Virus record (IMG/VR): IMGVR_UViG_3300045012_000181
Span: 61,607-125,606 of that record
DNA length: 64,000 nucleotides
Source: a virus
Reading direction: 5' to 3' (one strand)
Made by a program: the position numbers and the translations under genes. This document shows, in pieces, positions 25,398-36,348 of this stretch. Under the pieces are notes generated by a model, which was not told the origin of the DNA, made no database searches, and worked only from the letters and a program-made list of their open reading frames with translations. Position 1 is the first letter of the stretch. Each line of letters starts with the position of its first letter.

Positions 25398-28300
25398 ACA
25401 CGTCTTCGACACCGTAGCCAATCAGGCCAACGTATTGGTGGCCAATGCCACTGTTACTGTTTACGTGACGGGTACACTTACGCTTGCGCCCTTGTTTGTG
25501 GACGATGGCATCACGCCCGGAAGTAACCCCGTCTTTACCAATAACCTGGGTGTCTTTAACTTCTACGTGGCCGACGGGCGTTATGACATTCAGGTCTCCG
25601 GCCCTAACATTAGTACCTTCGTGCAGAAGAATGTGGAAATTTCGGATGTTACCGAGGCCGGACCGGGAACGGGCGATTTGCCTTGGCAAACGGATCTTAT
25701 CGATTTTGTTAATCAAAGCGCCGTGCCGCCGGTTCCGCCAGCTGGAACCGTGGACCTCTACACACTGGCCAGCAATCGGCATATTTACATTCAGGACAGC
25801 ACCGGTACTATAACAGACCTCACGGCCACTGGAGGTGGTGGCGGTGTAAGTAGTTTGAATGGTTTGACCGGTGCGCTTAATATTGTAGGCGGAAGCGGGA
25901 TTGCCATTTCGACCGGTGGCAGCAGTGTCCAAGTGTCCGCCACCGGCGGGGGTGGAGGGGGCTCACCAGCGGGTCCTGTTGGAACCGTTCAGGTCACAAA
26001 CAGTTCACTCAATGGCTTCGCGGCCAGCTCGATTAATGATAATGGCACCGTTGTCAGTATCGCGGAAGAAGTAGAATTTAGGGGCCCCGACCCCTATACA
26101 GACGTTCGTCAATTTGGTGTGCGCGCCACTGCTTCAAATACCGTTCCCGCCATCCCTGGTATTACGGCCACAATTAACGCGGGTTCGTCTTTGGCCAGTC
26201 TCTCCTCAGCCAGTAGTTTTCAAAACGGCGATGGCGTGGTTATCTACGGGGCGGGTTCGGCCCTTGTAATCACCCCGCCCGCTGGGACGGCTATTACACC
26301 CAGTTTGGCCGCCGCAGGAACCGGTACGGGATTGGTTGTACCGGCAAATACCGGTGCAACAACGTATAACTACCAAATCGTGGCGCGAGATGTGGTTGGG
26401 GGCCTAACGGCGGCCTCTGCTGTGGCCTCAATAGGCAATGGCATACCCTTGGGAAAGAATTCCATTGGCATCACGGGCTTTAGTCGGAGCGGCACCACGG
26501 TTACTGTGAATACCTCCAGCGCGCATAGCCTGGTAGCCGGGGCTATGGTTTATATCAGCGGCTCCAGCGACAATTTGAACTTTGGCGGTTGGTATGTTGT
26601 GGGTACCGTTCCGGATGCCTTGCATTTTACCTATATTACGGGAATGGATGTCGCCAACGGCGCCAGTACTTCGGGTACGGGCGGCACGGCTGTATGGTTT
26701 AGTTGCAATCACGTAACTTGGACGCCCGTGCCTGGGGCCTTCACCTATTATATTTACGGGCGCACCGGAGGCAGCCTTACGCTACTGGGGGCCAGCAGGC
26801 CCCAAAATCCCGGACAAGGCCTCATTGACGCCACTTGGGATGACTTTGGCTCGCCCATGATGGACGGCATTACGCAGCCCTTTTTTGTGCCGAGTACGCC
26901 TCCAGTAAGCACCCTTAACGATCCCTTGGTGGCTATTATAGTTTCTGGAGCTGGAACGCCTACATTGACACTGAGTGCAACTGCGAGTACGGCCGTAGCC
27001 GGGGCTCCGATTTTGTTTGATAATACCCCCAATATTCAAACAGCCGCGGCCCGTACAGTACAAAGTGGCTTGCTTTACTTTCCTGGAGGGACGTACGTTA
27101 CAAATTCTTTCCTTACAATACCCGGTGGTGTGGCCGTTTCGTTGGCCGGAGCCAGCCTAGTGCTTAATGACACCATGCAAATAGGTAATGGTGATAGATT
27201 CTATGGCAATCTGGGGGCACAAGGCAACAGCGGTCCACAGTTTAGTTGGCCTCAGGGCGGTATCATAATCGCTGCCAAGGCCAACCCCGGTGTCTGGGCT
27301 ATTAATGGCGGGGGCGTAATTTTAGACGGTATAAACCTCCAAGGCTCTGCAAACGGACAGCTTTTAATGGCCTTGGATGGCGGGGGTGGGAGCAGCCAGA
27401 ATCAGTTCAAAAACACCAATTTCAGTGACGGTGGCAGTGGGGACTATATGGGTGTCAACCTATTGGCCCGAGGGGGTTTTTGGAATAAGTTTGATACCGT
27501 CACATTCGCCACTGGTCCGGGCCAGCAGGGCGGGGGCTTCACGGGTTCTACTTGCACACCAGCAGCCCTCTTTAATAGTGGCAGCACGACGTTTAGAAAC
27601 ATGTCCGTACAGGATCGCGGGATATTCTTTATTCCGGGAGCTGCCGGCGCCAACGTCGAATTTACTGGTACTTCCAGGGCTCAGGGCATCATCACGCCTT
27701 TCTTTATGACCTATGGTCTTAATGCCGGGGGCTATTTCAGTTTTTCCGATGTTGAGTTGGATACAACTTTTCAGGCCCTATTTGCTAACCTTTCCCCCAA
27801 CACCACGGGTTTGTCATTCCCAACTGTGGCCATTGTGCCAGGTATAAACGGTGGAACTGGAGGGGGATTTGGTACGCTTACAGGCAAGCCCATTGGGAGC
27901 AGCCCAGGTACAGGCCTTGTACTAGGACCCGTATCGGGTCAAAATGTTAACCTGGTCTATGGCTTTAATTTTAGTAACAATCCCGCAAATGTCACTGGTA
28001 CAGGGGCTTTTCAGTATCCCGTATCGGTCTCAGGCGCACCCGGTGCGATTGTAAGTGCCGGTGGAAATGTTGGTATAGGCAATCTTAGCTATATTGTAAC
28101 CTATATTGATATCAACGGGCGCGAAAGCACGGCCAGTGCTTTCACTAACGTTAGCACGACACCCGGCAATCAAACGGTTACAATTACTCCCCCACCGGCT
28201 CCACCGGGAGCGGTGGCCTGGAGGCCTTGGCGTTGTAATCCCAATGGCCTAAACTGTAACGAAGTAAACCTGGGTCCATGCCATCAGGCCTCGTTGACCT

Positions 28301-28647
28301 TTGCGCAAAACTATGTGGATAGCTTTTCTTTCGTGTGCGATAGTCTTAATCCGCCCGTTGTAAACTACGCCGGGGCCTCGTCCATTTCACAATTTGGCGT
28401 CACGGGAACGAACTTTAACGTTGTGGGCGGCGGTTTCTTTAGTCAAATGACCGGGACTTTCACAGGCAACCGAACCATAATGCTACCAGATAGCAATGCC
28501 ATTCTAGTGGGTCTTAGCACGTTTGCCACCCTAAATCCGGCCATTCCACTCAGTCTGTGCGCGGATTGCACCATTGCAAATCCCTGTGCCGGTGGCGGTA
28601 CGGGCGCGTTGGCCAAGCGCCTAGGCGGAACGTGGGTGTGCAATTGA
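25393..28647 (+). CDS. Tailspike/depolymerase (beta-helix) with N-terminal anchor; proposed ATT start
   Basis: IKHVFDTVANQANVL aligns with MFHYYDTVANQANVL of the 28738 ORF; YTDVRQFGV..., LYFPGGTY pectate-lyase-type entry; C-terminal CADC..CAGGGTGA. Confidence 0.8.
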   Translation: MKHVFDTVANQANVLVANATVTVYVTGTLTLAPLFVDDGITPGSNPVFTNNLGVFNFYVADGRYDIQVSGPNISTFVQKNVEISDVTEAGPGTGDLPWQTDLIDFVNQSAVPPVPPAGTVDLYTLASNRHIYIQDSTGTITDLTATGGGGGVSSLNGLTGALNIVGGSGIAISTGGSSVQVSATGGGGGGSPAGPVGTVQVTNSSLNGFAASSINDNGTVVSIAEEVEFRGPDPYTDVRQFGVRATASNTVPAIPGITATINAGSSLASLSSASSFQNGDGVVIYGAGSALVITPPAGTAITPSLAAAGTGTGLVVPANTGATTYNYQIVARDVVGGLTAASAVASIGNGIPLGKNSIGITGFSRSGTTVTVNTSSAHSLVAGAMVYISGSSDNLNFGGWYVVGTVPDALHFTYITGMDVANGASTSGTGGTAVWFSCNHVTWTPVPGAFTYYIYGRTGGSLTLLGASRPQNPGQGLIDATWDDFGSPMMDGITQPFFVPSTPPVSTLNDPLVAIIVSGAGTPTLTLSATASTAVAGAPILFDNTPNIQTAAARTVQSGLLYFPGGTYVTNSFLTIPGGVAVSLAGASLVLNDTMQIGNGDRFYGNLGAQGNSGPQFSWPQGGIIIAAKANPGVWAINGGGVILDGINLQGSANGQLLMALDGGGGSSQNQFKNTNFSDGGSGDYMGVNLLARGGFWNKFDTVTFATGPGQQGGGFTGSTCTPAALFNSGSTTFRNMSVQDRGIFFIPGAAGANVEFTGTSRAQGIITPFFMTYGLNAGGYFSFSDVELDTTFQALFANLSPNTTGLSFPTVAIVPGINGGTGGGFGTLTGKPIGSSPGTGLVLGPVSGQNVNLVYGFNFSNNPANVTGTGAFQYPVSVSGAPGAIVSAGGNVGIGNLSYIVTYIDINGRESTASAFTNVSTTPGNQTVTITPPPAPPGAVAWRPWRCNPNGLNCNEVNLGPCHQASLTFAQNYVDSFSFVCDSLNPPVVNYAGASSISQFGVTGTNFNVVGGGFFSQMTGTFTGNRTIMLPDSNAILVGLSTFATLNPAIPLSLCADCTIANPCAGGGTGALAKRLGGTWVCN

Positions 28648-28737
28648 GACAGGTTAAACATCCTTATAAGCAAAAATGGGACCAAGCCCGTCGTTCTGAA
28701 GAAAACGAAAATTTTAGCGCAGAAACCTTAAACTAAC

Positions 28738-31314
28738 TTGTTTCATTACTACGACACTGTCGCCAATCAAGCCAACGTCCTAATACCCAATGCCACTGTA
28801 ACTATCTACGTGGCTGGTACTCTGACGCTGGCCCCATTGTTCATTGACGATGGTCTGACGGCCGGTCCTAATCCCGTCTTCACAAACAATTTGGGGGTCT
28901 TTAATTTCTTCATTGCGGACGGGCGTTATGATATCGCCGTCACGGGCCCAAATATTTCCTCGTTCACTCAGCAGAACGTCGAAATCTCTGATGTAACACA
29001 GGCCGGTCCTGGAACGGGAGATTTGCCCTGGCAAACCGATAACTTCGAGGTGGCCGAATTGGCCTTGGCCAATGTACCCGGAACGCCCCCTTCGGGCTTC
29101 ATGAGCGTCTATAGCAAACTAAGCCCCAAGCACCTGTTTGTGAAGGATGATACTGGGCTGGAGACGGATTTATTTACGGCTGTGGGCTCGGGTGCCCAAC
29201 CCCCGCTTAACAGCCTACAATATGATAGCGCCGGCAGCCTAGCGGGCTCGCAGTTCATTTACAACCCCACTGATAATAGCGATGTAACCTGTGCGGCGCC
29301 CTGTGTGAGCCTTACGGTTTCGGGCCGTAATTCTGGAATTCTGCTGGAAAGCCCTAGTGGGAATAATTTTGTAAATATTGCTGCCGAGGACACCGAAGAC
29401 GGGGCCAATCTGGTTGTACAGAGCAGCGTCACAAGCCCGGCCTTCATAACCACCGGGCAGGCAAGCTTCTCCTATATTGGAGGTAACACCCCCGGGGGTT
29501 CTTGTTTCGATACCACGGGCTCCTTGGGCTCTTCGAATCCCTGTGCTCAGGGCTACGTGTCCTACCCCTCGGATATCGGCACGGAAACCCTTAATGGACA
29601 GGATTTACTGGGCTTTCTATCTTCGCCACTGCTCAGCAAGGGCCCTGGTCAAACCATTGGTACGTTGGCCAACTTCGTCGTCAACAAACCCGTGGCGCAG
29701 ACGGCCCTGGGGGCCTATGTACCGGCCGTCGAAAATACCACTAATAGTTATGGCCTGCTGGTGCAGGATCAGGGTGGTTTTAGTACTGTCGAGACTGCAG
29801 CGGTTAAGATACTTCCACAAACCCTGCCCAGTGCTGGAACGCTCTACGGTATCGAAGCCCTACCAGGCTCGGGCATCAACCTTCTCAGCGACGGCATAGA
29901 TTTAAGCAATGAGCCCTTCCCCCCGCTGCCGCCCTTGGGGCGTATACGAGTCTACAGCAATAGCACAACAGGCAATCTTAGTTGTGTGACCTCGACGGGC
30001 GCCAATTGCCTCCCAGTGCCCAGCGGTGGGACCGGTACCGTAACCAGTGTGGGCCTCAATATGCCCCCGCAGTTTCTGGTGAGCAATTCACCCGTGACTA
30101 CGGCCGGCGTCCTGACGGCCACGCTTACAAATGAAGTTCCTAATACGGTATTTGCCGGACCGGGCCTCAATACCATAGGAGGTATTTTTGACGGCGTGGT
30201 GGCTGGAGTTTCGTCAGCCGTGGCCACAAGTATATCCCTGACAAACACGCCCACTACGGCGCACGACTGGGCCTTTTTCCTCTCCATGGCGGATAACAAT
30301 ATCGGCGAGAGTTCGGCCACTACGGTAACCGGAACGGGAACTTGGAATCCGGTCTTTCTTAATAATAACCAGGGCGTGCTCTATAATCAGATTCTGAGCT
30401 CTGCGGCGCCCCTGACGGCTACGGCTACCTTGCCTACAGCCACCAACTGGGCCGCGCAAATGTTTTTCCTGGCCCTGCCACCGGCCGTTACGCCTACAAT
30501 TGTACAGCAGCATGCCGTCACAGGCGCCGTTACACCCGGTAGCAGTGTAACCTTTCTATCGCCCACCACACCAGGTAATTCCATTCTTGTGGTGTTACTG
30601 GGTGCGCCTAGTAACCCCGCTAATACCATCAGCAGTCTTGTAACAGACTCCCAAGGCAATGCCTACACGCCCATCGCCGTGGAACAAAACACCTTTGGGG
30701 CCGGTGAGGTGGTGCAGTCCTGGCTAAGTGCCGGTACGCATGGCGGCACATCGGCAACAATCACTTGGGGTAAGGGCTCCGGCAATGGCGTTAGTGGCTC
30801 GTTGCTCATAATGGAGTTGAACAATCTGGCCATACCCACCGGTCAGCCTTCGTTTCGCTTCCTACAGAAGGGCGATGTTAGCAGTGCGGGCCTGTTGCCC
30901 ATCCAGAGTTTTAGTAACGCCGTTTTGCCCATCAATGTAAACGTGCTGGCCAATACTCTAACCACCGTGGCCACACAGAATATTACAATGCCCCCTGTGG
31001 GGGGTCCGTGGCGGGCCTTTGTTAGCTATTCCATGTCTGTTAGTACGGGTAGTAGCGGGGTGGGCTATGCCTTTTGGGTTAATGATGGCGGCACGAGTTT
31101 TGCCGGTGTGGTGACGGGTCAGAGCAATGGCTCTTCAGGCGGGCTGACATCGGCCTCTTATGGCGGCTATAGCACAGTCACCTATAGTAATGGCGCCAAT
31201 ATTACTTTTACTTTGGCCACCCAAGGCGATCATGGCTATGTGGTTCAGGCCGTGCCTTTTATCGGTAGTGGCCCCAATAGTAGTTTCCAAATTGTCATAG
31301 TGAGCAGCAACTGA
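28738..31314 (+). CDS. Second tail fibre/spike sharing the N-terminal anchor domain
   Basis: First ~100 aa highly similar to the 25393 ORF (NPVFTNNLGVFNF..ADGRYDI..GPGTGDLPWQTD). Confidence 0.8.
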   Translation: MFHYYDTVANQANVLIPNATVTIYVAGTLTLAPLFIDDGLTAGPNPVFTNNLGVFNFFIADGRYDIAVTGPNISSFTQQNVEISDVTQAGPGTGDLPWQTDNFEVAELALANVPGTPPSGFMSVYSKLSPKHLFVKDDTGLETDLFTAVGSGAQPPLNSLQYDSAGSLAGSQFIYNPTDNSDVTCAAPCVSLTVSGRNSGILLESPSGNNFVNIAAEDTEDGANLVVQSSVTSPAFITTGQASFSYIGGNTPGGSCFDTTGSLGSSNPCAQGYVSYPSDIGTETLNGQDLLGFLSSPLLSKGPGQTIGTLANFVVNKPVAQTALGAYVPAVENTTNSYGLLVQDQGGFSTVETAAVKILPQTLPSAGTLYGIEALPGSGINLLSDGIDLSNEPFPPLPPLGRIRVYSNSTTGNLSCVTSTGANCLPVPSGGTGTVTSVGLNMPPQFLVSNSPVTTAGVLTATLTNEVPNTVFAGPGLNTIGGIFDGVVAGVSSAVATSISLTNTPTTAHDWAFFLSMADNNIGESSATTVTGTGTWNPVFLNNNQGVLYNQILSSAAPLTATATLPTATNWAAQMFFLALPPAVTPTIVQQHAVTGAVTPGSSVTFLSPTTPGNSILVVLLGAPSNPANTISSLVTDSQGNAYTPIAVEQNTFGAGEVVQSWLSAGTHGGTSATITWGKGSGNGVSGSLLIMELNNLAIPTGQPSFRFLQKGDVSSAGLLPIQSFSNAVLPINVNVLANTLTTVATQNITMPPVGGPWRAFVSYSMSVSTGSSGVGYAFWVNDGGTSFAGVVTGQSNGSSGGLTSASYGGYSTVTYSNGANITFTLATQGDHGYVVQAVPFIGSGPNSSFQIVIVSSN

Positions 31315-31547
31315 TGATTAAGGTGCAAACTACGCCCTTGGTGGTATGCGATGTGTGCCGAATTTTAGAGAGCGATTTGACGCTCAAATACTGCGACTAT
31401 TGCGGTCTTTGCGATTCGTGGATTTGCAAACAAGACCAAGAGGCCTGGTGGCGCCGAACCAAGGCCTTCTGGAAGCGTCGAGTGGAACCCAATTTCAGGG
31501 GCGATCCCAACTATATTAAGTCCGAAGGAGAACCGCCATCCCCATAA
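31314..31547 (+). CDS. Small Cys-rich Zn-finger protein
   Basis: CDVC..CDYCGLC..IC. Confidence 0.6.
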   Translation: MIKVQTTPLVVCDVCRILESDLTLKYCDYCGLCDSWICKQDQEAWWRRTKAFWKRRVEPNFRGDPNYIKSEGEPPSP

Positions 31548-31573
31548 TCGTTACAACTGGAACAAGTACCGGA

Positions 31574-32761
31574 ATGGTTGCGGGTTGCGTAGGCGTCTAT
31601 CCTACGGCCCAGCAGGTTGTAAATAGCGTTTCAACGGACCTCCTACAACGCATCGCGCCCGAAGACCCGGTATTGTTGGACTACATAAATCGTGTGCAAT
31701 TACAGCTTCTACGGGTGAGCCGCTGGAAGTTTCTCAAGAGCCCCTTACAGAGCTTCGTCACCAGGATTGGTCGGAGTGATTACTGGATTGGACCGGCGGG
31801 CTCGGGGCCCCTGGACGTTGTGGATACTGGGCTCAACATCAGCAATTTGGGGCCCATCGACAGCGATAGCTTCTATGACCGCACCAATTACCGTTTGCTG
31901 AAGCGTATTAATGAACAGATTCTAAGCGCCACGTTTGCCTACAGGGATAGCTCCAGCCGATTGGGACCGCCCAGGGAATTTCGAGTAGACCCCTCCACGC
32001 CCTGTACGATTAATCTTTATCCCGCACCGGACAACCAGAACAACTATCAGCCCGTTCCGGAGAATCCGGCCGTTAGTGCCATTGCCGGCGGGGCCTTGCC
32101 GGCGCGCATCTACTGGGTGCGTACAACTTTCGTGGATAGCCTGGGCAACGAGTCCAGTGCCTCTTCGGAGGCCTATCAGTTTATGCCCGCAGGCAGTTTA
32201 CTAGTGGTACAGCCCCCACAAGAAATCCCAAGCGCGGATAGCGGTGTGCAGTACAACCGATATAACGTGTATGTTTTTAGTGCCGGCACAAACGAAACGG
32301 CCACCAACGGCAACGAAACCCTGGCCACTCAGGGCGGCCCACTCTCGACTGCAACGGCCTACCAGGAGCCTCCAACGGGCTTCCTAACGGGCGGACTGAG
32401 TTTTCCCACGGCCAATAACGTGGCACAAATGGGCGGCTATTTGATTCAATTTCGCTACTACCAGGCCAAGCCCCAGATAATCAATCTTAACAATATCCTG
32501 TTGATTCCTTCGGATTATTTTGACGTGCTGGTCGCCGGGGTTAATTACTTTACGGCACAATTCCTAAAGGACGAGGGCGCGCAGGCCTATTGGAAGAGCG
32601 AATATGATTCAGGTATCGTAGGAATGATTCGCGATAAGAATCTATTCCCCAAGGGCCCGGCCTTCATCAGTCCGGATCCCACATCCCAGAGCCTTGGAAA
32701 CTACTTCGGCTATGAAACGGAACTTCTTGGTGGGTTTACCGGTGGAACGGGTAACGGATAA
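31574..32761 (+). CDS. Head-tail adaptor / tail ring protein, paralog B with Ig-like insertion
   Basis: LDYINRVQ, GPPREF..INLYPAPD, LLIPSDYFDVLVAGVNY; insert YWVRTTFVDSLGNESSAS. Confidence 0.7.
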   Translation: MVAGCVGVYPTAQQVVNSVSTDLLQRIAPEDPVLLDYINRVQLQLLRVSRWKFLKSPLQSFVTRIGRSDYWIGPAGSGPLDVVDTGLNISNLGPIDSDSFYDRTNYRLLKRINEQILSATFAYRDSSSRLGPPREFRVDPSTPCTINLYPAPDNQNNYQPVPENPAVSAIAGGALPARIYWVRTTFVDSLGNESSASSEAYQFMPAGSLLVVQPPQEIPSADSGVQYNRYNVYVFSAGTNETATNGNETLATQGGPLSTATAYQEPPTGFLTGGLSFPTANNVAQMGGYLIQFRYYQAKPQIINLNNILLIPSDYFDVLVAGVNYFTAQFLKDEGAQAYWKSEYDSGIVGMIRDKNLFPKGPAFISPDPTSQSLGNYFGYETELLGGFTGGTGNG

Positions 32762-33408
32762 TGAAAACTAAGACTTGTTCTAAGTGCGGAATCGAAAAAC
32801 CCCTAGACGGATTCTATCTCAATCACGGGAAGCCTCGTTCTTCGTGCAAAAAGTGTTGCAGTAAAGCTGGATATCGCGCTAAAGGTCTAAACAAACAGTA
32901 CGGGCGCACTTCAATCATTGACGGCGTAAAGGAATGCAACCACTGTCATGAAATCAAACTTGTATCTGAGTTTATGGTCTCCGCTACTGGAACTCGTGTT
33001 AATCCTTGCACTACATGCAACAACAGGCGTTGTAAGGATTACAAAAGAAGTTTTTCAGAGAATGAAAGACTTGTGGAAAATGCACGTACAAGGGTCTATC
33101 GAATTGCTCTTCGCAACCAAGCCCTTGAACTTTACGGAAAAACATGTGCATGCTGTGGCGAACACAGATATGAATTCCTTGACATCCACCACGTCGAGGG
33201 CGGTGGTAATAAACATCGGAAATCGATATCTGGAAACAAGAATTTCGGAGGATACCTTTTTTTGCTTTGGCTAAAAAGAAACAACTGGCCTTCTGGCTTT
33301 CAGGTGCTGTGCAGCAACTGTAATGGTGCTGATGGGTTTCATGGCGAATGTCCGCATCAAAAGGAATTTCGTGAGCTTAGTGTGCTGTCTTTAGTTGGGG
33401 CTTGTTAA
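32761..33408 (+). CDS. Free-standing HNH endonuclease
   Basis: KTCSKCGIEKPL..F; YGKTCACCGE..EFLDIHH..GGG; GFQVLCSNCN. Confidence 0.85.
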   Translation: MKTKTCSKCGIEKPLDGFYLNHGKPRSSCKKCCSKAGYRAKGLNKQYGRTSIIDGVKECNHCHEIKLVSEFMVSATGTRVNPCTTCNNRRCKDYKRSFSENERLVENARTRVYRIALRNQALELYGKTCACCGEHRYEFLDIHHVEGGGNKHRKSISGNKNFGGYLFLLWLKRNNWPSGFQVLCSNCNGADGFHGECPHQKEFRELSVLSLVGAC

Positions 33409-35949
33409 ATGGCCGAGACAAGCATAGTTGCAGGTAGAGAGGCTGAGCGCTATTACCCTTATAGCGGAATGTTTTATGCCAATCGGCACTCTTTTTGGTC
33501 CGCCGGTCAGGATTCCTGGACCCTACCACCGGCCCAAGAGCAGGATAGTTTTTTGCAGCTCATCAACGTGGAGCCCGTTCTTCAGGGCGTATTACAACGC
33601 CGGAGGGGCTATCAGGTATTTGGGCCCTTTGCCGGCAGTAGCACACCGGCCTTCACACACAGTTACGCCTTCAGGAATGATGATTTGGGCCTGCGCAGGG
33701 TCATATGGTGTTCGCCCGTTAAGGGCCCCATGGCCACAGATGAACAGGGCAACATAGTGGCGAATCCCATCTACAATCCCATTGTAACTGGGATAAATAC
33801 ACCCAGCCCTCGGATGGTTCTTAGCCGGGATTATGCCTATTTTTCCGATGGCCTACAGGGCGACAGTGTCAAGTGGGATGGCGTGAATCGCTCGCCGGCC
33901 AGTAACGTAACAAATTGGGGCATCCAGATTGGCTCCACGCCCATTGCGGCCTTTGGGCCCAATCCGGCCGGTACGGGTACGGATGTTATAGTCGGGGCTG
34001 GCACGGTGGCTTGGTCAAATCCCGGCAACGTCACGGGACCACCGGATGGCAATTTCGCCACGTTAGCTCTGGCCGCGGGCCAGACGGGCGATTTCCTGCA
34101 GGCCAGCAATTATGGCTTCTCTTTTACGGCCGCAGCCGGACCCGTAGTGGGTATCACTGTGACCTTCACGGGCTTCCAGAGTACGGGCATTTCAGGTATC
34201 AACAGCCACGTGGTTTTGCTTAAGAATGGTATCGCCAGCGGAATTGGCAAAACTCTGACTATGAACCCCGTTGTGGGGCCCATTACGCTTGGTGGGAACA
34301 ACGACCTGTGGGGCAATACCTTCCTGGCTTCGGATATCAGCGCCAACACATCTTTTGGTGTGCAGATTTTTTATAGCAACGGCACGGCCTCCACACCGCT
34401 CAATGTGGGCTTCGATAGCATCCAAATTACCGTAACGTGTGCCGGTGGAAGTATTGCCTTCACCACGAATACCGCCTCCACCAATGTGGTGCTCCTGAAT
34501 GGCCGGACTTATACATATGCCTTTCAGAATGCCACGACACTGACCACCTCGGATTTGGGGCCCTTTAGTGTAAGTACAGGCCCGTTGGCCGGTAATCAGA
34601 TTAATCTTTCAAATATTCCGGTTTCCACCGACCCACAAGTCACGACCGTGTTGATACTGGCCACGGCCGATGGCAACGATGAAACCACACTGTATCTATT
34701 GGGCACGGTGGCCAACGGCACCACGACCTTCGTGGACAATATCCCGGATAGTCTCTCGGCCACCTATATCAGCGGGCCCACACTTTTGACAAACAGCCTC
34801 TATCAGGATACGGATGCCTTTGGCAATCTGCATGGCATCGCCAACAATGTGCCTCCGCCCGTGGGGCTGACCTATATGGTCAAGCACAAAGGCCGTTTGT
34901 ATGGTGCGGTCGGCCGGGCACTTTATTACTCCAAGAACTTGGATGATGTTACCACGGCCAACGGTCTAATTACCTCCAAATGGGAAGAGGCCTGGCCTAC
35001 TATCAATCAGTTTGATATTTCGGAGACGGCCGAGACCATCCAGGGCCTTCTATCGGATGGCGAGACGCTTTGGATCGGTACGGAAAGCCACATCCGAAGG
35101 CTCATTGGCGATTCGCCCAGCAACTTCCAGATACCCGAAATTCAATTCAACGATGTGGGCCTCTTTAGTCAGGATGTTTGGAAAATAGTGTTTGCCGAGG
35201 GCGCTCCAGTAGGCACCATGTGGCTCACCAAGGACCTTAAGGTCATGGCCTCGGACTTTAATACCTATCAGGATGTGGGCCGGCCAATCCAGGATATTCT
35301 TAATAGTATAAATACCCAGGGCCAATTGCATGCCGCTTTCGTGAGCAAGGGCCCGGCCAACTACTTCATGCTCTATCTGACAATCGGCGGGCCGGATCTC
35401 ATACCCAATACGGTCTGCGTCTTCAATCTGGTGAGCAAGAAGTGGTTCATATGGAAACCCGCGGATGAGATAAGTACGAGTCTCTTCTTGATTGATGCCT
35501 CGGGCCAGCCCCGGTGGTTATTTGCCTCGGCCTTTCCGAGTATTGAAACACAGTCCTATTTCTTTGAGTGGACCTATGGACTATTCCAAGACCGCTTCAA
35601 CTTGGCGCCCACTAATTACGCCGTAACCATCCAAACCACGTGGTTTGACATGGGCGATTATGGCCTCCGGAAATTTGTGAACCAGATTATTCCCACGACC
35701 GCGGACAACGCAGCCCTGACCATACAAGTGGAGGCGGCCTCCAACGAACAGGACTTCAATAGTCCACTGCTGGTGGTTCCGCCCACAACGGTCACGCCCG
35801 CGTCTATTCCGGATGACGTGTTTGTACCCCTGGCAAGCGGTCCAAGCCACAACAGGGCCTTTAGATTCACCTTCGTGAGCCCGGCCTCCACGATTCAGAA
35901 TGTCCTGACGGGCTTCTCGATTGAAGCCGGGGTAATGCACAGATACTAA
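33409..35949 (+). CDS. Tail nozzle / DNA-stabilisation protein (P22 gp10 / T7 gp12-like, beta-propeller)
   Basis: NVEPV..GVLQRRRGY; HKGRLY; LYYSK; IQTTWFDMG; position between adaptor and ejection genes. Confidence 0.75.
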   Translation: MAETSIVAGREAERYYPYSGMFYANRHSFWSAGQDSWTLPPAQEQDSFLQLINVEPVLQGVLQRRRGYQVFGPFAGSSTPAFTHSYAFRNDDLGLRRVIWCSPVKGPMATDEQGNIVANPIYNPIVTGINTPSPRMVLSRDYAYFSDGLQGDSVKWDGVNRSPASNVTNWGIQIGSTPIAAFGPNPAGTGTDVIVGAGTVAWSNPGNVTGPPDGNFATLALAAGQTGDFLQASNYGFSFTAAAGPVVGITVTFTGFQSTGISGINSHVVLLKNGIASGIGKTLTMNPVVGPITLGGNNDLWGNTFLASDISANTSFGVQIFYSNGTASTPLNVGFDSIQITVTCAGGSIAFTTNTASTNVVLLNGRTYTYAFQNATTLTTSDLGPFSVSTGPLAGNQINLSNIPVSTDPQVTTVLILATADGNDETTLYLLGTVANGTTTFVDNIPDSLSATYISGPTLLTNSLYQDTDAFGNLHGIANNVPPPVGLTYMVKHKGRLYGAVGRALYYSKNLDDVTTANGLITSKWEEAWPTINQFDISETAETIQGLLSDGETLWIGTESHIRRLIGDSPSNFQIPEIQFNDVGLFSQDVWKIVFAEGAPVGTMWLTKDLKVMASDFNTYQDVGRPIQDILNSINTQGQLHAAFVSKGPANYFMLYLTIGGPDLIPNTVCVFNLVSKKWFIWKPADEISTSLFLIDASGQPRWLFASAFPSIETQSYFFEWTYGLFQDRFNLAPTNYAVTIQTTWFDMGDYGLRKFVNQIIPTTADNAALTIQVEAASNEQDFNSPLLVVPPTTVTPASIPDDVFVPLASGPSHNRAFRFTFVSPASTIQNVLTGFSIEAGVMHRY

Positions 35950-35964
35950 AGGATTTAGCACAAA

Positions 35965-36336
35965 ATGCCCGCACGACCCTCTAATATCGGCGGTACGCAG
36001 GACATCCTCCCGACAGTCAACCAGCTCATCCGGGAGTTGCAAATACGCGTCGATAGCCTGAATAAGATTCTGCCCATCCATCGGACGGTGGCCGCCACGG
36101 GTACCTTGAATTTCGGGAGCATTCCGGCCGGTAGTTCCGTTGAACGCACCATACAGGTCGCCGGGGCGCGCCAGAACGGCACGGCCTTTGCCTCACCGCA
36201 ACTGGAACCGGGCGCACATCTTATGTGGTCGGCCAAGATAACCGGAACGGGCATCGTAACAGTAAGGTTGGTCAATCCCACGAGCGCTCCAATTACGGCC
36301 AATACCGTGGTTTGGAATGCCACGGTCTCGCAGTAG
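35965..36336 (+). CDS. Small tail-associated protein
   Basis: Coil followed by TLNFGSIPAGS..TVRLVN beta domain, similar to the 3081 ORF type. Confidence 0.65.
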   Translation: MPARPSNIGGTQDILPTVNQLIRELQIRVDSLNKILPIHRTVAATGTLNFGSIPAGSSVERTIQVAGARQNGTAFASPQLEPGAHLMWSAKITGTGIVTVRLVNPTSAPITANTVVWNATVSQ

Positions 36337-36348
36337 TCCAAAGGACTT

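Noticed and set aside
25393-29040. DGR template/variable repeat pair
   Set aside because: Differences are synonymous and not A-specific, and there is no reverse transcriptase in the window
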